A stretch of DNA of 64,000 nt from IMG/VR virus record IMGVR_UViG_3300025012_000042, positions 1-64,000 of that record; one strand, given 5' to 3'. Position numbers and translations under genes: made by a program. Positions 44,588 to 56,045 of the stretch are shown in pieces. Source of the DNA: a virus. Positions within the stretch are counted from its first letter, which is position 1. Each line of letters opens with the position of its first letter. The notes under the pieces are model-generated. The model did no database searches. It was not told where the DNA came from and worked only from the letters and a program-made list of their open reading frames with translations.

Positions 44588-45490
44588 TTGAATTTACTAG
44601 AAAAAATCCATTCCAAAACAGACAACACAATTAAATATATATTCATGACACAAGACAATCTAATCATTGAACTATCTTACATAAATAAAAATGATGGTAA
44701 AGATATTATCTGTGTTCCTTCACAAACTTCTTGTAAAATGAAGTGTAAATTCTGCCATATTACTGATGCTACAGATAAATTAATCAATCGAAATCTAACA
44801 TCACAAGAAATTAAAGATAGCATAGATAATGTTTATAACGACCTAAATTTATCACTCAATCCCAAACCATTACTAATATCTTATATGGGATGTGGTGAAC
44901 CACTATTAAACTATAAACAAGTAAAAGATAGCATGTTATTACTTAGAAATGAATATCAAACCACAAAAGTTCCATTAATTAGATTTGCAATAGCAACATC
45001 ATTACCTGATTTTGCATGGATAAACTTCTTTAATTTAACTAATGAAATACATAAAGAAAAACTACCCGTAAAAATTCATTTGTCTCTACATTATACTATG
45101 GATTCTTTACGAAAAGATTGGATGCCTAATTCCTTATCAATTTTACCATCATTGATTGCATTAGAATATTACAAGAAAATTACTAAAAATTCTGTAGAAA
45201 TTCACTATACTTTGATTAACGGAGTTAATGATACTGAACGAGATGCAATTAGATTGAGTGAGTTTTTAAAATATCGAGATATTCCAGTTAAATTCTTATT
45301 CTACAATGAAAAACCAAGTATTGAATTTCATGCGAGTTCAAAAGAAAAATTGAATATATTTAAGAGATATTTTGATAAGTATAATATTGAATATGAGTAT
45401 TATATCCCTCCAGGTCTTGATGTAGGAGCTAGTTGTGGTCAGTTTTTAATGGATTATTATTTGAAATATAATCTGGTTAAGAGTAATTAA
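44588..45490 (+). CDS. RlmN/Cfr-like radical SAM methyltransferase lacking the N-terminal domain
   Basis: CVPSQTSCKMKCKFC (CxxxCxxC plus upstream Cys), MGCGEP, SLH, GVND and C-terminal ASCGQ. Confidence 0.8.
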   Translation: MNLLEKIHSKTDNTIKYIFMTQDNLIIELSYINKNDGKDIICVPSQTSCKMKCKFCHITDATDKLINRNLTSQEIKDSIDNVYNDLNLSLNPKPLLISYMGCGEPLLNYKQVKDSMLLLRNEYQTTKVPLIRFAIATSLPDFAWINFFNLTNEIHKEKLPVKIHLSLHYTMDSLRKDWMPNSLSILPSLIALEYYKKITKNSVEIHYTLINGVNDTERDAIRLSEFLKYRDIPVKFLFYNEKPSIEFHASSKEKLNIFKRYFDKYNIEYEYYIPPGLDVGASCGQFLMDYYLKYNLVKSN

Positions 45491-46197
45491 ATAAACATTT
45501 TAAACTATTATAAAAGAAATAAAGGAGAATGAAATTAATGAAAACATTAAATCCACAAAAATCAGAAGAATTATGGAATGAAATTAAAAACATTGAATAT
45601 CTTGTTTCAAAATTAGGTGGTTGTGTACAAAATCCAGACTTTGTAAATGAAGAAATTGCACAAGAAAATTATGAGATGTTTTACAATGACTATCGAAAAG
45701 TAACTAGTAAATTAGTAAAGCTAAGAGAAGATATATTCTTATTACATGATGAAATCATTGGTGATTAAAAGGGATGCTATACAAAATTAGAAAGAAGGAA
45801 TACAATAATGTTAAAAAATAAATACTCTCTCGATAATATTTCCATTGAACCAAACTATACTGACAAATGGACTCACGATGCTCCTAAAGATATTGATTTT
45901 ATTATGCTAAATGAAGTAGAAGGAGATAATTGTCTTAGTTTTGATTTACAACAAGCAAAATTTATTAGAGATTCATTAAATGAAATAATTACATATTATG
46001 AAAACATTCCATCTGTAAACCAATTTGTAGAAGTAACCACTGGTATCTTTAAAGGGTATTTCGGTACAATATTTGACATTGATTCTTGTGATTCTAAAAG
46101 ACCATTAGCAATAAGATTAGATGATAATCCTAATTTTAATGATTGTACTTGTTTTGTGGGTTTTGATGATATTAAGAAATTAAGTAAATAGAAAGGA

Positions 46198-46542
46198 GTG
46201 ACCACTATCCAAACATCATACTACGCAAAATATAAAGGAGAAAATGCTGTATCAATTGCATTAAGCAAGCCACAATGGTACAAAAATTGTAGAGAATACA
46301 AAAAACTTGCTCCAAGTTGGGAATTACTAAACAAATACAAAAAAGATAAAGATGTGATATATTACATAGAACATTATTATAAAGATGTTTTAGACAAACT
46401 TGATCCACAACAAGTATATAAAGAATTAGGTGAAAATGCAGTATTGCTTTGTTGGGAGAAAAGTTCTGACTTCTGCCACAGACATATCGTTGCCAAGTGG
46501 TTAGAAGAGAAATTAGGAATTGAAATGGAGGAAATAAAATGA
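46198..46542 (+). CDS. DUF488-family protein
   Basis: TSYY, LAPSWELL and LLCWEK..FCHRHIVA motifs. Confidence 0.7.
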   Translation: MTTIQTSYYAKYKGENAVSIALSKPQWYKNCREYKKLAPSWELLNKYKKDKDVIYYIEHYYKDVLDKLDPQQVYKELGENAVLLCWEKSSDFCHRHIVAKWLEEKLGIEMEEIK

Positions 46543-46826
46543 GCCAAAATGATTGGGAAGTTTATGCACCATTACTTAAAAAATTAGAACAATCTCCAAA
46601 AGTAGAAAGAATGCAAACTCAACCAGTAGAAATTCCGATTAAAGTAAAATATAAAAACTATCAAGGAATAACATCAATCAGAAATATTATTCCTCAACAA
46701 GTGCATTACGGCAGTACAGATTATCACAAAGAAAATCAATGGTTAATGGATGTATTTGATGTGGATAAAGATGCTCCAAGAACATATGCAATGATGGATA
46801 TTATTGAATTTATTAAGGAGGATTAA
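46539..46826 (+). CDS. Stand-alone WYL-like domain protein
   Basis: YKNYQG..SIRNIIP...QWLMDVFDVDKDAPRTY pattern. Confidence 0.55.
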   Translation: MSQNDWEVYAPLLKKLEQSPKVERMQTQPVEIPIKVKYKNYQGITSIRNIIPQQVHYGSTDYHKENQWLMDVFDVDKDAPRTYAMMDIIEFIKED

Positions 46827-47810
46827 ATTAATGACAGGCAAAGATAAGTTAATCGACTATATACAATTAGAACCTAATTCTCAATTATATAAATTAATTG
46901 GAGTATGCCCAAGTCATATAAATTTAAATGAAAATAAGCACAATAAATGTGGCGAAGGAGAAGACAAATGTTCTGAATGTTGGAAATTAGCACTGGATGA
47001 GGAATTTTAAATGGAAGATAAATTATTATCTCTGAAAAAACAATTTTGTAATTATTATTGTCCTAATAAATCAACAGGAATTAAAGATTATGATGAAGAG
47101 ATTTTAGATAAGCAATTTGTTTGTAAAATTTGTCAGATTTCAGATTACATAACCTTTATCAGAGATGAACTATAACTAAATAAACATAAAATAAAATATC
47201 AGAAGGGATATGAAATTATGGCAAAAAATATAATAGTTTATGGTTCAACAGTAGAAAAATCATTTAATAAACTTCAAGAATTGCTAGACAATATGAATCC
47301 AAATGATATTAAGAAAGTTACAAAAACATCTCCTAATGTTGGTATATTTATTATTGAACTAAATAATGGAGATTATTATAAAGCAATAAGCGCAAGTAAT
47401 AGTGCTAGAGGGTATAAATGGCAATACGCCTATATAGACAGAGATATAAATCAAGAATCACTTGATCATTCTGTATTTTATAATTTCATACCTGAGTATG
47501 GTACTGAGGACTATTGGAATTATGATAGAAATTTTAAAGATTATTATGAGTGGTATTAAATAATAAATAAGATAAAATAAATGACAATGTAAGGAGTGAT
47601 ATAATATGGAATCTTGGAAACATTGTGCTAAAACTTGGTATTCTATTGATATTTCATTACCAATGAAAAATATTAAATCTGTTTCTATTGTAAAATGTAA
47701 AATAAATGATGAAGGTTATTTGTTTAATATTCCTGATAAAGTAAATCCAAATATAACTCCAGAAATGATTAAGAATGGAAAATGGTATGTTTATATTTGG
47801 TCTGATTAAA

Positions 47811-47836
47811 TTACATAAGTTAATGATTTTATGCTA
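47811..47836. repeat. 10-6-10 palindromic junction site
   Basis: TTACATAAGT-TAATGA-TTTTATGCTA. Confidence 0.45.
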
Positions 47837-48440
47837 ATTAAGAAAGGAAGATAAAAAATGTTTAATGGAACTATAGAAATGAACAATGATTATCATGCTA
47901 TGAGATCAATTGACTCTATTTTTACTATAATGGAAAACTTTAGAAAGAAGTTTGGTCTAGAAATTCTAGATATTAAAAGAGAAACTGAGGCAAAGTTAGA
48001 CAAATTTATATTCGAATTATCACAAACAACAGTTACTTTTTCTTTTGCTTCATTTAATCGAAAGTGTGAAATTATTACATATGATGAATTAGATAAATTT
48101 TGTGAAAGATATAATTATCTAAATTACTATTTAACTGATTTTGATTTTAAAGTTGATGATGAAATTTATTACAATCATAAGATGGGAATTGTTACAGAAA
48201 TTATAGATGATAATTATATTAGTGTAATATTAAATGGAAATGAATCATCTAAAAAAGAATATAAGTGTTGGGGAATGAGATTAAATTAAGGAGTTGATTA
48301 AGTGAAACTCAGAGATTTAATTATTGAATTAGAAAAACTAGACCTTCAGGGCAAAGGAGATTATGAAGTTAAGGTTGTGTTTTGGAGTAATGAAGCAATT
48401 GTAGAAGATGTTTTATATAGTGATGCTTCTAAAGAAATAA

Positions 48441-48466
48441 TACTTTAAAGAACCTATTTGAAAGGA
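48441..48466. repeat. 10-6-10 palindromic junction site
   Basis: TACTTTAAAG-AACCTA-TTTGAAAGGA. Confidence 0.45.
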
Positions 48467-48654
48467 GTTATATATATGAAATCAGATATATTTAAAATCA
48501 AGGAAGAAAATCAAAAGTTAAAAGAAAAAATTAGAATGTTAGAATCAGAGTTAAATATGTATAGAAAAACATTTGAAAACATCAAAAATATATTTAACAA
48601 ATCAGACAAAAATGAATTAAAAACTAGTTTGAAAGTTATCAAATAAATCTATAC

Positions 48655-48680
48655 TCCCTGAAAAGATAAATTTTAATGGA
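48655..48680. repeat. 10-6-10 palindromic junction site
   Basis: TCCCTGAAAA-GATAAA-TTTTAATGGA. Confidence 0.6.
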
Positions 48681-50088
48681 AAGGAATAAAAACACATGAT
48701 CATAAATCAAGAACAATGGATTCTACAAGCAATGGATAAATTCAACTTCAAATTAGTAGAAGAATTCATGAATGAATACAAACTATCTGAACTTGATGCC
48801 AGAAGGGGTTTAGCAGAAATATATTATAAAAATGAATTTGAAGTTGTTTAATCTTTAATTATTATCAATAAAGGAGGAAATACTCATAGATATTCTACTC
48901 TACAACTCCAAAGACGAAATAGTGACCGCATACACCTCTAACAATCCTAATTACCAAAACAATGATCAAATCACTATCAAAGGAAGCAATAAAAACTACA
49001 AAGTAGTTGATATCAATAAGTATCATGTTATGGGAAGAGAACAGCATGTAGCATTGGAATTAAAAGTTATTAAATAAATCATAAGTAATAAATCATAAAA
49101 TAATATAGAAGAAAGGGTGTGAATATTATGGATAAAGACGAACGTGTTACCTGTACAGATTGTGTTAATTGGGATAAATTAAAAAAGAGGTTAGAAAACT
49201 ACTTTAGTTGTAATACTGCACTATGTTTTCGATGTCCTTGTAATAATTGTAGTTGCTATGATCCCACCAGTACCAGAAGATTTGAACATAGGCCAATGTT
49301 TGTAAGAAAAGATTGATGTTGTTACATAAACATAAATTTTCAAAACGAAGTGAAATAAGCAATAGAAAAATACAGTTATTATTTCATTTTGTTAATATTT
49401 ATGAAATAAATAAATAAAAGGAGTGTAATTAATATGAGAAATCATGTAAATATATTAAATAAAGAAATTTTAACAAATGAGGAATTATCTCAAAAACATT
49501 ATGAAAGAATGATGGAATTCTTGATTGCAGATTTTGAAGGTAAAGATTTTAACGAATGCGATGTAATTCTTAGACAGATTATTAAGGTTGCTTATGATCT
49601 ATTAAATGAACCTGATGTTATGAAGTAGAAATGATTTGTGAGCGACAGAATGGCATGTAGGTTGATTTAGAAATTTGTTATGGTGGAATTGTTTATGCAT
49701 GTTTATGAAGGCTGAGACAAGGCAAATTAGAGGAGGAATATATTATGAAAGAATTTGATTTAGAATGGTTTAATTCAAAAACATTGAATAAACAAATATC
49801 TATTGAATCAGTACATACGGAAGATGGTCTACTTGGAATAAAACTTTTTGATCTAATTGTAAATGATTGTGCATTAGAATCAGCAAAATATTGGAATGGT
49901 TATTTACTTAAAATTAATGATGGAAGTATAAATATTTATTTTAGTGAATGTGAGCAAAGTAAGGCTGAAGAATGTAGCCATGTATTACAAATGTTTAGAG
50001 AAGGAGAATTGGTGGCAGATATTTTATTACCAGATGGAGATTGTTGGGATGATAGGGAAGTAGGGTTTGTTCAGTATTGATTATTAAA

Positions 50089-50117
50089 TTGACTTTGTGT
50101 ATAAAGTAATATATAAT
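50089..50117 (+). promoter_or_regulatory. SigA-type promoter
   Basis: TTGACT-N17-TATAAT. Confidence 0.75.
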
Positions 50118-50678
50118 ATTATTAGTTGGAATACATATAAAATAAATTGTAGAGGAGGTGAAAATTATAGCAAAGGGAAAATCATTGTTATCACAAACAT
50201 CAAGTAAACCTAAGAAAGAAAATAAATATGGCGAAGTATCATCTATAGTAAAAGAATATGAATTTAATGTAGATGATAGAGTTGTATTTTTAGGATTGGT
50301 TAGTGACTATAGATGTTTAGAATGTACTGTTGTGAAAAGAACTATGAAAAAGAAGACAACAGATTATTATGTTGTAAAATTCGATGACGGAAAGATTATT
50401 GAATCTGTTGTTTATGGGTTTTTAAGAACTCCTGAACAATATGAATTGGAGTTAGAAGAGCAAAAAAATAAAAAAGAGGATGGTCATAGTGATTTACCTG
50501 AAATTGAGTTAGAAATGATTAAACAAGGGATAGAGAGTCATAAGAACTATCACTCTTGTCTATCGCCATTAAATTTCCACCATATGGATTGTGATTCCTG
50601 TACTTATAAGTCAAAATGTGTATATGAGAATAAATTTGACTATAAAAAAGCAAAGTATAATTAAGAGAGGAAGATTAT

Positions 50679-51422
50679 ATGCAAGTAACATTATTAAATC
50701 CAGATCAAATTAAAAACATCTTTAAATCATGGGGAGAATTCGCAGCTACTTGCTACGACACACCACAAGAATTTGCTGAAAAAGTAGGGAATTCATGCTA
50801 TCAAGATGAACATTATAGTGGCAGTAGAACTGAATATATTAAGTTCAAAATTGAAGGTGTAGATAGAGGTGTGAGCGAGCAAGTTATGCGTCATGAAATT
50901 GGTGTCAGATATAATTTTATTGACGATAATACATATGATGAAAATCCAATGAATATTGTAAAGAATCTTAAATCTTTTAGATATGTTGATATGGAGAATT
51001 TTGATTATACAATTCCTAAAACAATTGAAAGTATTCCTGAAGCATTAAATAAATATAATAAATTAATGGAGTATATAAATACAGAAAGAATTCAAATTAA
51101 AGATATTCTAGTAAAAAATAATATCAATGAAAAACAAGCAATAGAAGATGCAAATTATTCTCTACCAAGAGCTACAAATACTTCACTTGTTATTGCTTTT
51201 ACATTGGAAGCATTTATTCATTATCTACATAAAAGATTATGTACAAGAACACAATATTTTCATAGACAAATTGCAAAATTAATGAGAAATTCTGTATTAG
51301 AAATATTGCCTCAAGTAAAAGATAGATTAGTGGCACAATGTGAATACTTATTATGGTGTCCAGAGGGTAATAGGTGTTGTGGTAAATATCCTACTAAGGA
51401 AATGTTATTGAAAGGAGAATAA
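50679..51422 (+). CDS. thyX: FAD-dependent thymidylate synthase
   Basis: AATCY, GVDRGVSEQVMRH...SFRYV, EDANYSLP and KRLC motifs. Confidence 0.8.
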   Translation: MQVTLLNPDQIKNIFKSWGEFAATCYDTPQEFAEKVGNSCYQDEHYSGSRTEYIKFKIEGVDRGVSEQVMRHEIGVRYNFIDDNTYDENPMNIVKNLKSFRYVDMENFDYTIPKTIESIPEALNKYNKLMEYINTERIQIKDILVKNNINEKQAIEDANYSLPRATNTSLVIAFTLEAFIHYLHKRLCTRTQYFHRQIAKLMRNSVLEILPQVKDRLVAQCEYLLWCPEGNRCCGKYPTKEMLLKGE

Positions 51423-51426
51423 ATAA

Positions 51427-51948
51427 GTGGATATAATAATTTTTGGTCAAATGGGTGCAGGTAAAAGCACTGTAGCAAATTACTTAAGAGATAAATATGG
51501 TTACTCTAAATTCTCTCTTGGTGCAAAAATTCACTCTGAATGTGAACTATATAATAAACACGATAGGCAACATATGCAAAAATATGGACAAATGATGCGA
51601 GAAATATTTGGAATTAATATTTGGTGTGATTATGTTAAAAATCAAAGCACCAATACAGATAAAGTAGTTATTGATGACGCTAGACAACTTAATGAATATG
51701 ATTATTTTGAAGGTTTTGGGTATCTAACAGTAGCAGTTATAGCAGACGACAACAAAAGAATAGAAAGACTTAATAAAAGAGTTAATTATGTAATTGATCC
51801 TAATACTTTTAATCACGAAACAGAAGTTCAGGCTAGAGCATGTATTAATAAGTGCAAAATAACTATATATAATAATTCGGATGATTTAAAAGAATTAATA
51901 GAAGCAATTGAATTCAAATTAGGTGAATATTTAGGAGGTAAAATTTAA
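51427..51948 (+). CDS. Deoxynucleotide monophosphate kinase-like P-loop protein
   Basis: GQMGAGKST, R..MQ.YG, IDDAR..NE and HETE motifs. Confidence 0.75.
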   Translation: MDIIIFGQMGAGKSTVANYLRDKYGYSKFSLGAKIHSECELYNKHDRQHMQKYGQMMREIFGINIWCDYVKNQSTNTDKVVIDDARQLNEYDYFEGFGYLTVAVIADDNKRIERLNKRVNYVIDPNTFNHETEVQARACINKCKITIYNNSDDLKELIEAIEFKLGEYLGGKI

Positions 51949-52371
51949 ATGTATACATATCTTGCTGGAGCATTAACCGTACATCATAGAAACAATGAAT
52001 TCTATAAGGCTACAGATTGGAGGGATAAATTAGGTGCTTGGGCCTATGAAAATTCAGTAAAAGTATTTAATCCTTGTATTAATTTTCTAAGAGAAATTAA
52101 TCATACATACGATCCTAAAATTGTGGTTGACCAAAACAATTACTATATTAATAAATGTGACATCTGTATTGTGTGTCTAGATGCTATAGATTATAGCCCT
52201 GGTACTATCTTTGAACTAACTAGATTTAGAGAACTAGGAAAGCCTGTCATTGCCTTTGGAGTTAAACATTGGAGCCCTCATATCAATAGTTGTATTTCAA
52301 ATCAATGTGAGACACTTGATGACGCTATTGAACTAATTGAAAATATGTTTGATCAGGGTAGTTGGGATTAA
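51949..52371 (+). CDS. Nucleoside 2-deoxyribosyltransferase-like protein
   Basis: YLAG, WR, FNP, CDI and SPGTIFE motifs. Confidence 0.7.
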   Translation: MYTYLAGALTVHHRNNEFYKATDWRDKLGAWAYENSVKVFNPCINFLREINHTYDPKIVVDQNNYYINKCDICIVCLDAIDYSPGTIFELTRFRELGKPVIAFGVKHWSPHINSCISNQCETLDDAIELIENMFDQGSWD

Positions 52372-53284
52372 TACAATACAATAATAAATAAAATACAAAC
52401 ACAAAGGAGATAAGATAAACTATGACATATTACTCAGATATAATTTGTAACCTGTGTCCAAGAATTGAGTCATGTGAATTTCCATGTAATAAATATACTG
52501 ATTATATGCACAACCAATCATTAAAAAATAATAATATTAGCGAGAGATATGAAGATATACATAGTGAATCAATTACAAAAATTTCATATGAATGTGATGA
52601 CATTGAAAATTTTATGGAATTTAGCGTTGGAGATCCAGAATATTTACAAATTTGCAATGGTTTAATTTCTCCAATTCAAGCAATAGATTTTAGTAAATTG
52701 CGTCAATATATGATTGAAAAGAATGAAGAATATTCTAAAGATTATGGGTTGTGTGAAACTTGTCATAGTGAATTACAAGAAATTAAGGAGTCAAGAGGGG
52801 AACACTTTGGTAGAGAAAGTTTTGAAAGAATAATGATTTGTACTCGTTGTGGAGAATAATATATAAATTTTAAATTAAGAAAGAAGGAATTAACAATGGC
52901 AAAGATTAAACAATTCTGTAATAAAAACAAAAACAATAAGAATATTAAATATCAAGTGAGATTTGGAGTTAATCTATTTGAAGAAGGCAAATCGGGAGTA
53001 TTTGGAAAACCTACATTTCTTAAAACAATTGAGGAAGCAAAGAAAGAAGTATTTGAGACATATAATACTGCAATTAAAGATATGTTTCCTGATGCAGAAT
53101 GTGGTGAATTAATTATGGTTAGTGATTTAAAATGCGATTGTGGATGTAATTATGAATCTGCTAAGTATGAGGATGGGACTGAGTTGATTGGTAGGATGGA
53201 GATAGAATTTGAGGGAGGAGAAGGGTATGTTGAGATTGTGAAGGGATGATTAACAAATATAATAATATAATGTTTTAATAAGTT

Positions 53285-53310
53285 AAGGATGCTGAATGGC
53301 ATCCTTCTTT
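53285..53310 (+). terminator. Rho-independent terminator
   Basis: AAGGATGC-TGAATG-GCATCCTT followed by CTTT. Confidence 0.65.
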
Positions 53311-53340
53311 AAAATTTCTAAATTAATAAATAATATTTGT

Positions 53341-53369
53341 TTGACATATAATATAATTTATGATATAAT
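53341..53369 (+). promoter_or_regulatory. SigA-type promoter of the second zinc-ribbon endonuclease
   Basis: TTGACA-N17-TATAAT with extended TG. Confidence 0.8.
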
Positions 53370-53410
53370 ATTAGTGGGTAGGTTTAATATTTATAGAAGG
53401 AGGGTTAGAT

Positions 53411-54946
53411 ATGTTAATTAGTAAAACAGTAATAATTAAATGGCATAATAAGACTAAAAAATGGTATGAGAATAAAGGTTACATATATACTCACAATGGT
53501 GACGAATTTGAAGTTAAAGTGGAAGATTTACAAGATGGATCTCACGCATTGGTAGATGTGCAATGTGACGAATGTGGAGAAATATTAAAGGGAAAGAAAT
53601 GGCAAAGTTACAAAAGACACGTGAAAGAAGATGGTAAATATTATTGTAGTCCATGTGCATCACGATTATATGGGGGAGAAATAACCAGGAAAATAAAACT
53701 GTCAAAAAGTAAATCATTTAAACAATGGTGCTACTTGAATCTTTCAAAAGAATTAGCAATATGGACGTTATCTAGATGGGATTATGAATTAAATATCGAT
53801 AAAGATGGTAACGTAATATTGCCTGATGATGTAAGTTACGGTTCTGACAAAGGGTATTGGTTTAAATGTCTTGATCGTCCTGAACATGGATCAGAATTAA
53901 AGAGCATTCATAGTTTTACAAATGGTCGAGAAAAAAGTATTAATTGCATTAAATGCAATTCAATTTCAATTACACATCCATTGGCTGTTAAATATTTGGC
54001 GAATCCAGAAGACGCATTAAAATATTCTCATAGTTCAATGGTTGAAGTTATTACAAAATGCCCAGAATGTGGTCATGAAAAATCAATGGATATTAACCGT
54101 TTAATAAATAAGGGGTTTAGTTGTTCTGTTTGCTCATCTGGGTATTACCCAGAAAAATTTGTATTTAACATGTTAAAACAATTAAATACAAATTTTCAAA
54201 CACAATTATCTAAAAAAACATTTAAATGGTGCGATAAATATAAATATGACAACTACATAAATAAAATAAATTGTATTATAGAAACTCACGGGATTCAACA
54301 CTATGAAGATTCTACTGGTAATTGGATGAAATTGTGTGAAGTCCAAAAAAATGACAGGAATAAAGAGGAATTGGCTAAAAACAACGATATTGAAAATTAC
54401 ATTGTAATTGATTGTCGTAAGTCAGATATGGAATGGATTAAAAAAAGTATTATGAATTCTGAATTACCCAAGTTGTTAGATTTTAAAGATGATGATGTAA
54501 ATTGGCTAGAATGTCATGAGTATGGTTGTAAAAGCTCTGTAAAATTAGTTTGTATTGAGTGGCATGGCGAAGTTAATAATATTTTAAATATAGAAAATAA
54601 ATTAAAAATAAGTAGAAGTGCGGTAATAAATTACTTGAAACAAGGAACTAAACTAGGATGGTGTATACCTCCCTACAATCCCAAGCAAGAACAAGAAAAA
54701 AGAATTGAATTAATGAAAAAGAAAATTAGTAAAAAGGTAATATGCTTAACTACAAAGGAGATATTTAATAGTATATCGGAAGCGACAATAAAAAATAATT
54801 TACGCAATAGTAGTGGTATATCTCAATGCTGTTTAAACAAAAGGAAATCATCTGGAAAACATTTAGAAACAAATGAACCGTTAAGATGGATGTATCATGA
54901 TGAGTATTTAGAAACACAAAATCAAGAACTTCTCCCATTACAATAA
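53411..54946 (+). CDS. Zinc-ribbon endonuclease paralog with C-terminal NUMOD1-like domain
   Basis: N-terminus is clearly similar to 14317..15672; nuclease motif YDNYI..CIIETHGIQHY; tail KKVICLTTKEIFNSISEA...ISQCC. Confidence 0.75.
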   Translation: MLISKTVIIKWHNKTKKWYENKGYIYTHNGDEFEVKVEDLQDGSHALVDVQCDECGEILKGKKWQSYKRHVKEDGKYYCSPCASRLYGGEITRKIKLSKSKSFKQWCYLNLSKELAIWTLSRWDYELNIDKDGNVILPDDVSYGSDKGYWFKCLDRPEHGSELKSIHSFTNGREKSINCIKCNSISITHPLAVKYLANPEDALKYSHSSMVEVITKCPECGHEKSMDINRLINKGFSCSVCSSGYYPEKFVFNMLKQLNTNFQTQLSKKTFKWCDKYKYDNYINKINCIIETHGIQHYEDSTGNWMKLCEVQKNDRNKEELAKNNDIENYIVIDCRKSDMEWIKKSIMNSELPKLLDFKDDDVNWLECHEYGCKSSVKLVCIEWHGEVNNILNIENKLKISRSAVINYLKQGTKLGWCIPPYNPKQEQEKRIELMKKKISKKVICLTTKEIFNSISEATIKNNLRNSSGISQCCLNKRKSSGKHLETNEPLRWMYHDEYLETQNQELLPLQ

Positions 54947-55659
54947 TGATAATTAAAGTAAGCACTTTCTCCGGAAACAAAATCTCTAAGTATTTTCTTT
55001 ACAAAACCAAAAGGATTCTTAATATGGAATTTTGCATTGAATAATGTATCTAAAGCACTTTTTAATTGATCTGCATTAGCATTGACCTCTCTTAATATTT
55101 TAGTTACAGTAATTGCAAAATCTGAATCTGGGTCTATCCGAGAATCTCCAAGAGTTTTTATGATAGACCAATCATTTTCTTGATTCCAAAATTCTTCTTT
55201 TACAGGTTCATTTTCTGATTTAACCATACATACATCTTTAAATATTGTTGTATTAGGTGTAATGATAGGGACATCTAGGGAAACTTCTTGGACATCTTGT
55301 CTTTTTTTATCCACAGGTTTAGAGGGGATAGGAACACCTAATAATTTATACAAAACATCTAAATCAATTCTATAGGATTTTCCATGATACCAATCTTTAG
55401 ATTCAAATTGTTTAGATATTAAAACTTTCTTATTCTCTAAATCTTTAATTGCTCTTTGAATTGTCTTAGTAGATTTGTTAAGTTCTAAGGCCCACTGATC
55501 TACTGTCTTATAAACCCATAAGAAACCATCTCTATACTTGGTTGCTCTATTCATCCAATACTTCAAACGCGACAATAATTCTGCTTGGGTCTGCCCAAAA
55601 ACATTAACAACAGTAGGTTGAACAACAATTGGTAATTCATTTTCTAAAATAAGATCCAT
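54922..55659 (-). CDS. Putative replication initiator (winged-helix)
   Basis: WVYKTVDQWALELNKSTKTIQRAIKDLE resembles Rep/replisome-organiser HTH. RBS AAGAAGG precedes the ATG at 55659. DnaA boxes and partition genes are nearby. Confidence 0.7.
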   Translation of the reverse strand: MDLILENELPIVVQPTVVNVFGQTQAELLSRLKYWMNRATKYRDGFLWVYKTVDQWALELNKSTKTIQRAIKDLENKKVLISKQFESKDWYHGKSYRIDLDVLYKLLGVPIPSKPVDKKRQDVQEVSLDVPIITPNTTIFKDVCMVKSENEPVKEEFWNQENDWSIIKTLGDSRIDPDSDFAITVTKILREVNANADQLKSALDTLFNAKFHIKNPFGFVKKILRDFVSGESAYFNYHYCNGRSS

Positions 55660-55709
55660 CTGATTAAAACCTTCTTTCAGCATTTTTCGAATAGCAATGC
55701 TGAAGACTG

Positions 55710-55821
55710 TTTACAAATTTTTAAAATCATGCTAAAATGACTTAAAGAATTTAATACGAGTCTTCGTGGTCTCCTACTAGATGTTGTGTCGGCAAAACTT
55801 AGCATCTAATAGGAGATTTTT
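55710..55821 (+). ncRNA. Candidate antisense RNA 1 of the rep leader (promoter to terminator)
   Basis: TTTACA-N17-TAAAAT (55710-55738) followed by hairpin TCTCCTA..TAGGAGA and a T tract (55770-55821). Confidence 0.55.
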
Positions 55822-55859
55822 CATTACCTATTCAATTTGATTAATATTAACTCAATAAA

Positions 55860-55901
55860 AAAGTTAGTAGCACGTACATCTCTGCACCAACTACTAACTT
55901 T
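55860..55901 (-). terminator. Candidate attenuator terminator in the rep leader
   Basis: AAAGTTAGTAG..CTACTAACTTT inverted repeat, followed by a T run on the minus strand. Confidence 0.5.
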
Positions 55902-55933
55902 GAAATCCTTAATCTAATTTATTATCCAAAGAC

Positions 55934-56045
55934 TTGATTTTCTCACAGTCTTTGTTTATAATAATCTCAAGAACTTAAAGCTTAATGTTGGTTCAGAACA
56001 TTTTGCTAGAAAACACTTGATCTTTGCAAGAGGTCAGGTGTTTTT
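55934..56045 (+). ncRNA. Candidate antisense RNA 2 of the rep leader (promoter to terminator)
   Basis: TTGATT-N17-TATAAT (55934-55962) followed by hairpin AAACACTTGATC..GGTCAGGTGTTT and a T tract. Confidence 0.6.

Larger units (their letters stand above)
45529..50664 (+). other. Accessory cluster 3: small hypothetical genes
   Basis: Dense small + strand ORFs with RBSs. Confidence 0.8.

Noticed and set aside
49629-49740. G-rich non-coding gap as a possible ncRNA or oriT
   Set aside because: I could not find a convincing stem or known motif by eye.
720-53717. Many 60-130 aa minus-strand ORFs in the track (for example 2017..2292, 19896..20291, 27660..28022, 33761..34093)
   Set aside because: They are shadows of well-supported + strand genes, with no RBS or recognisable motifs.
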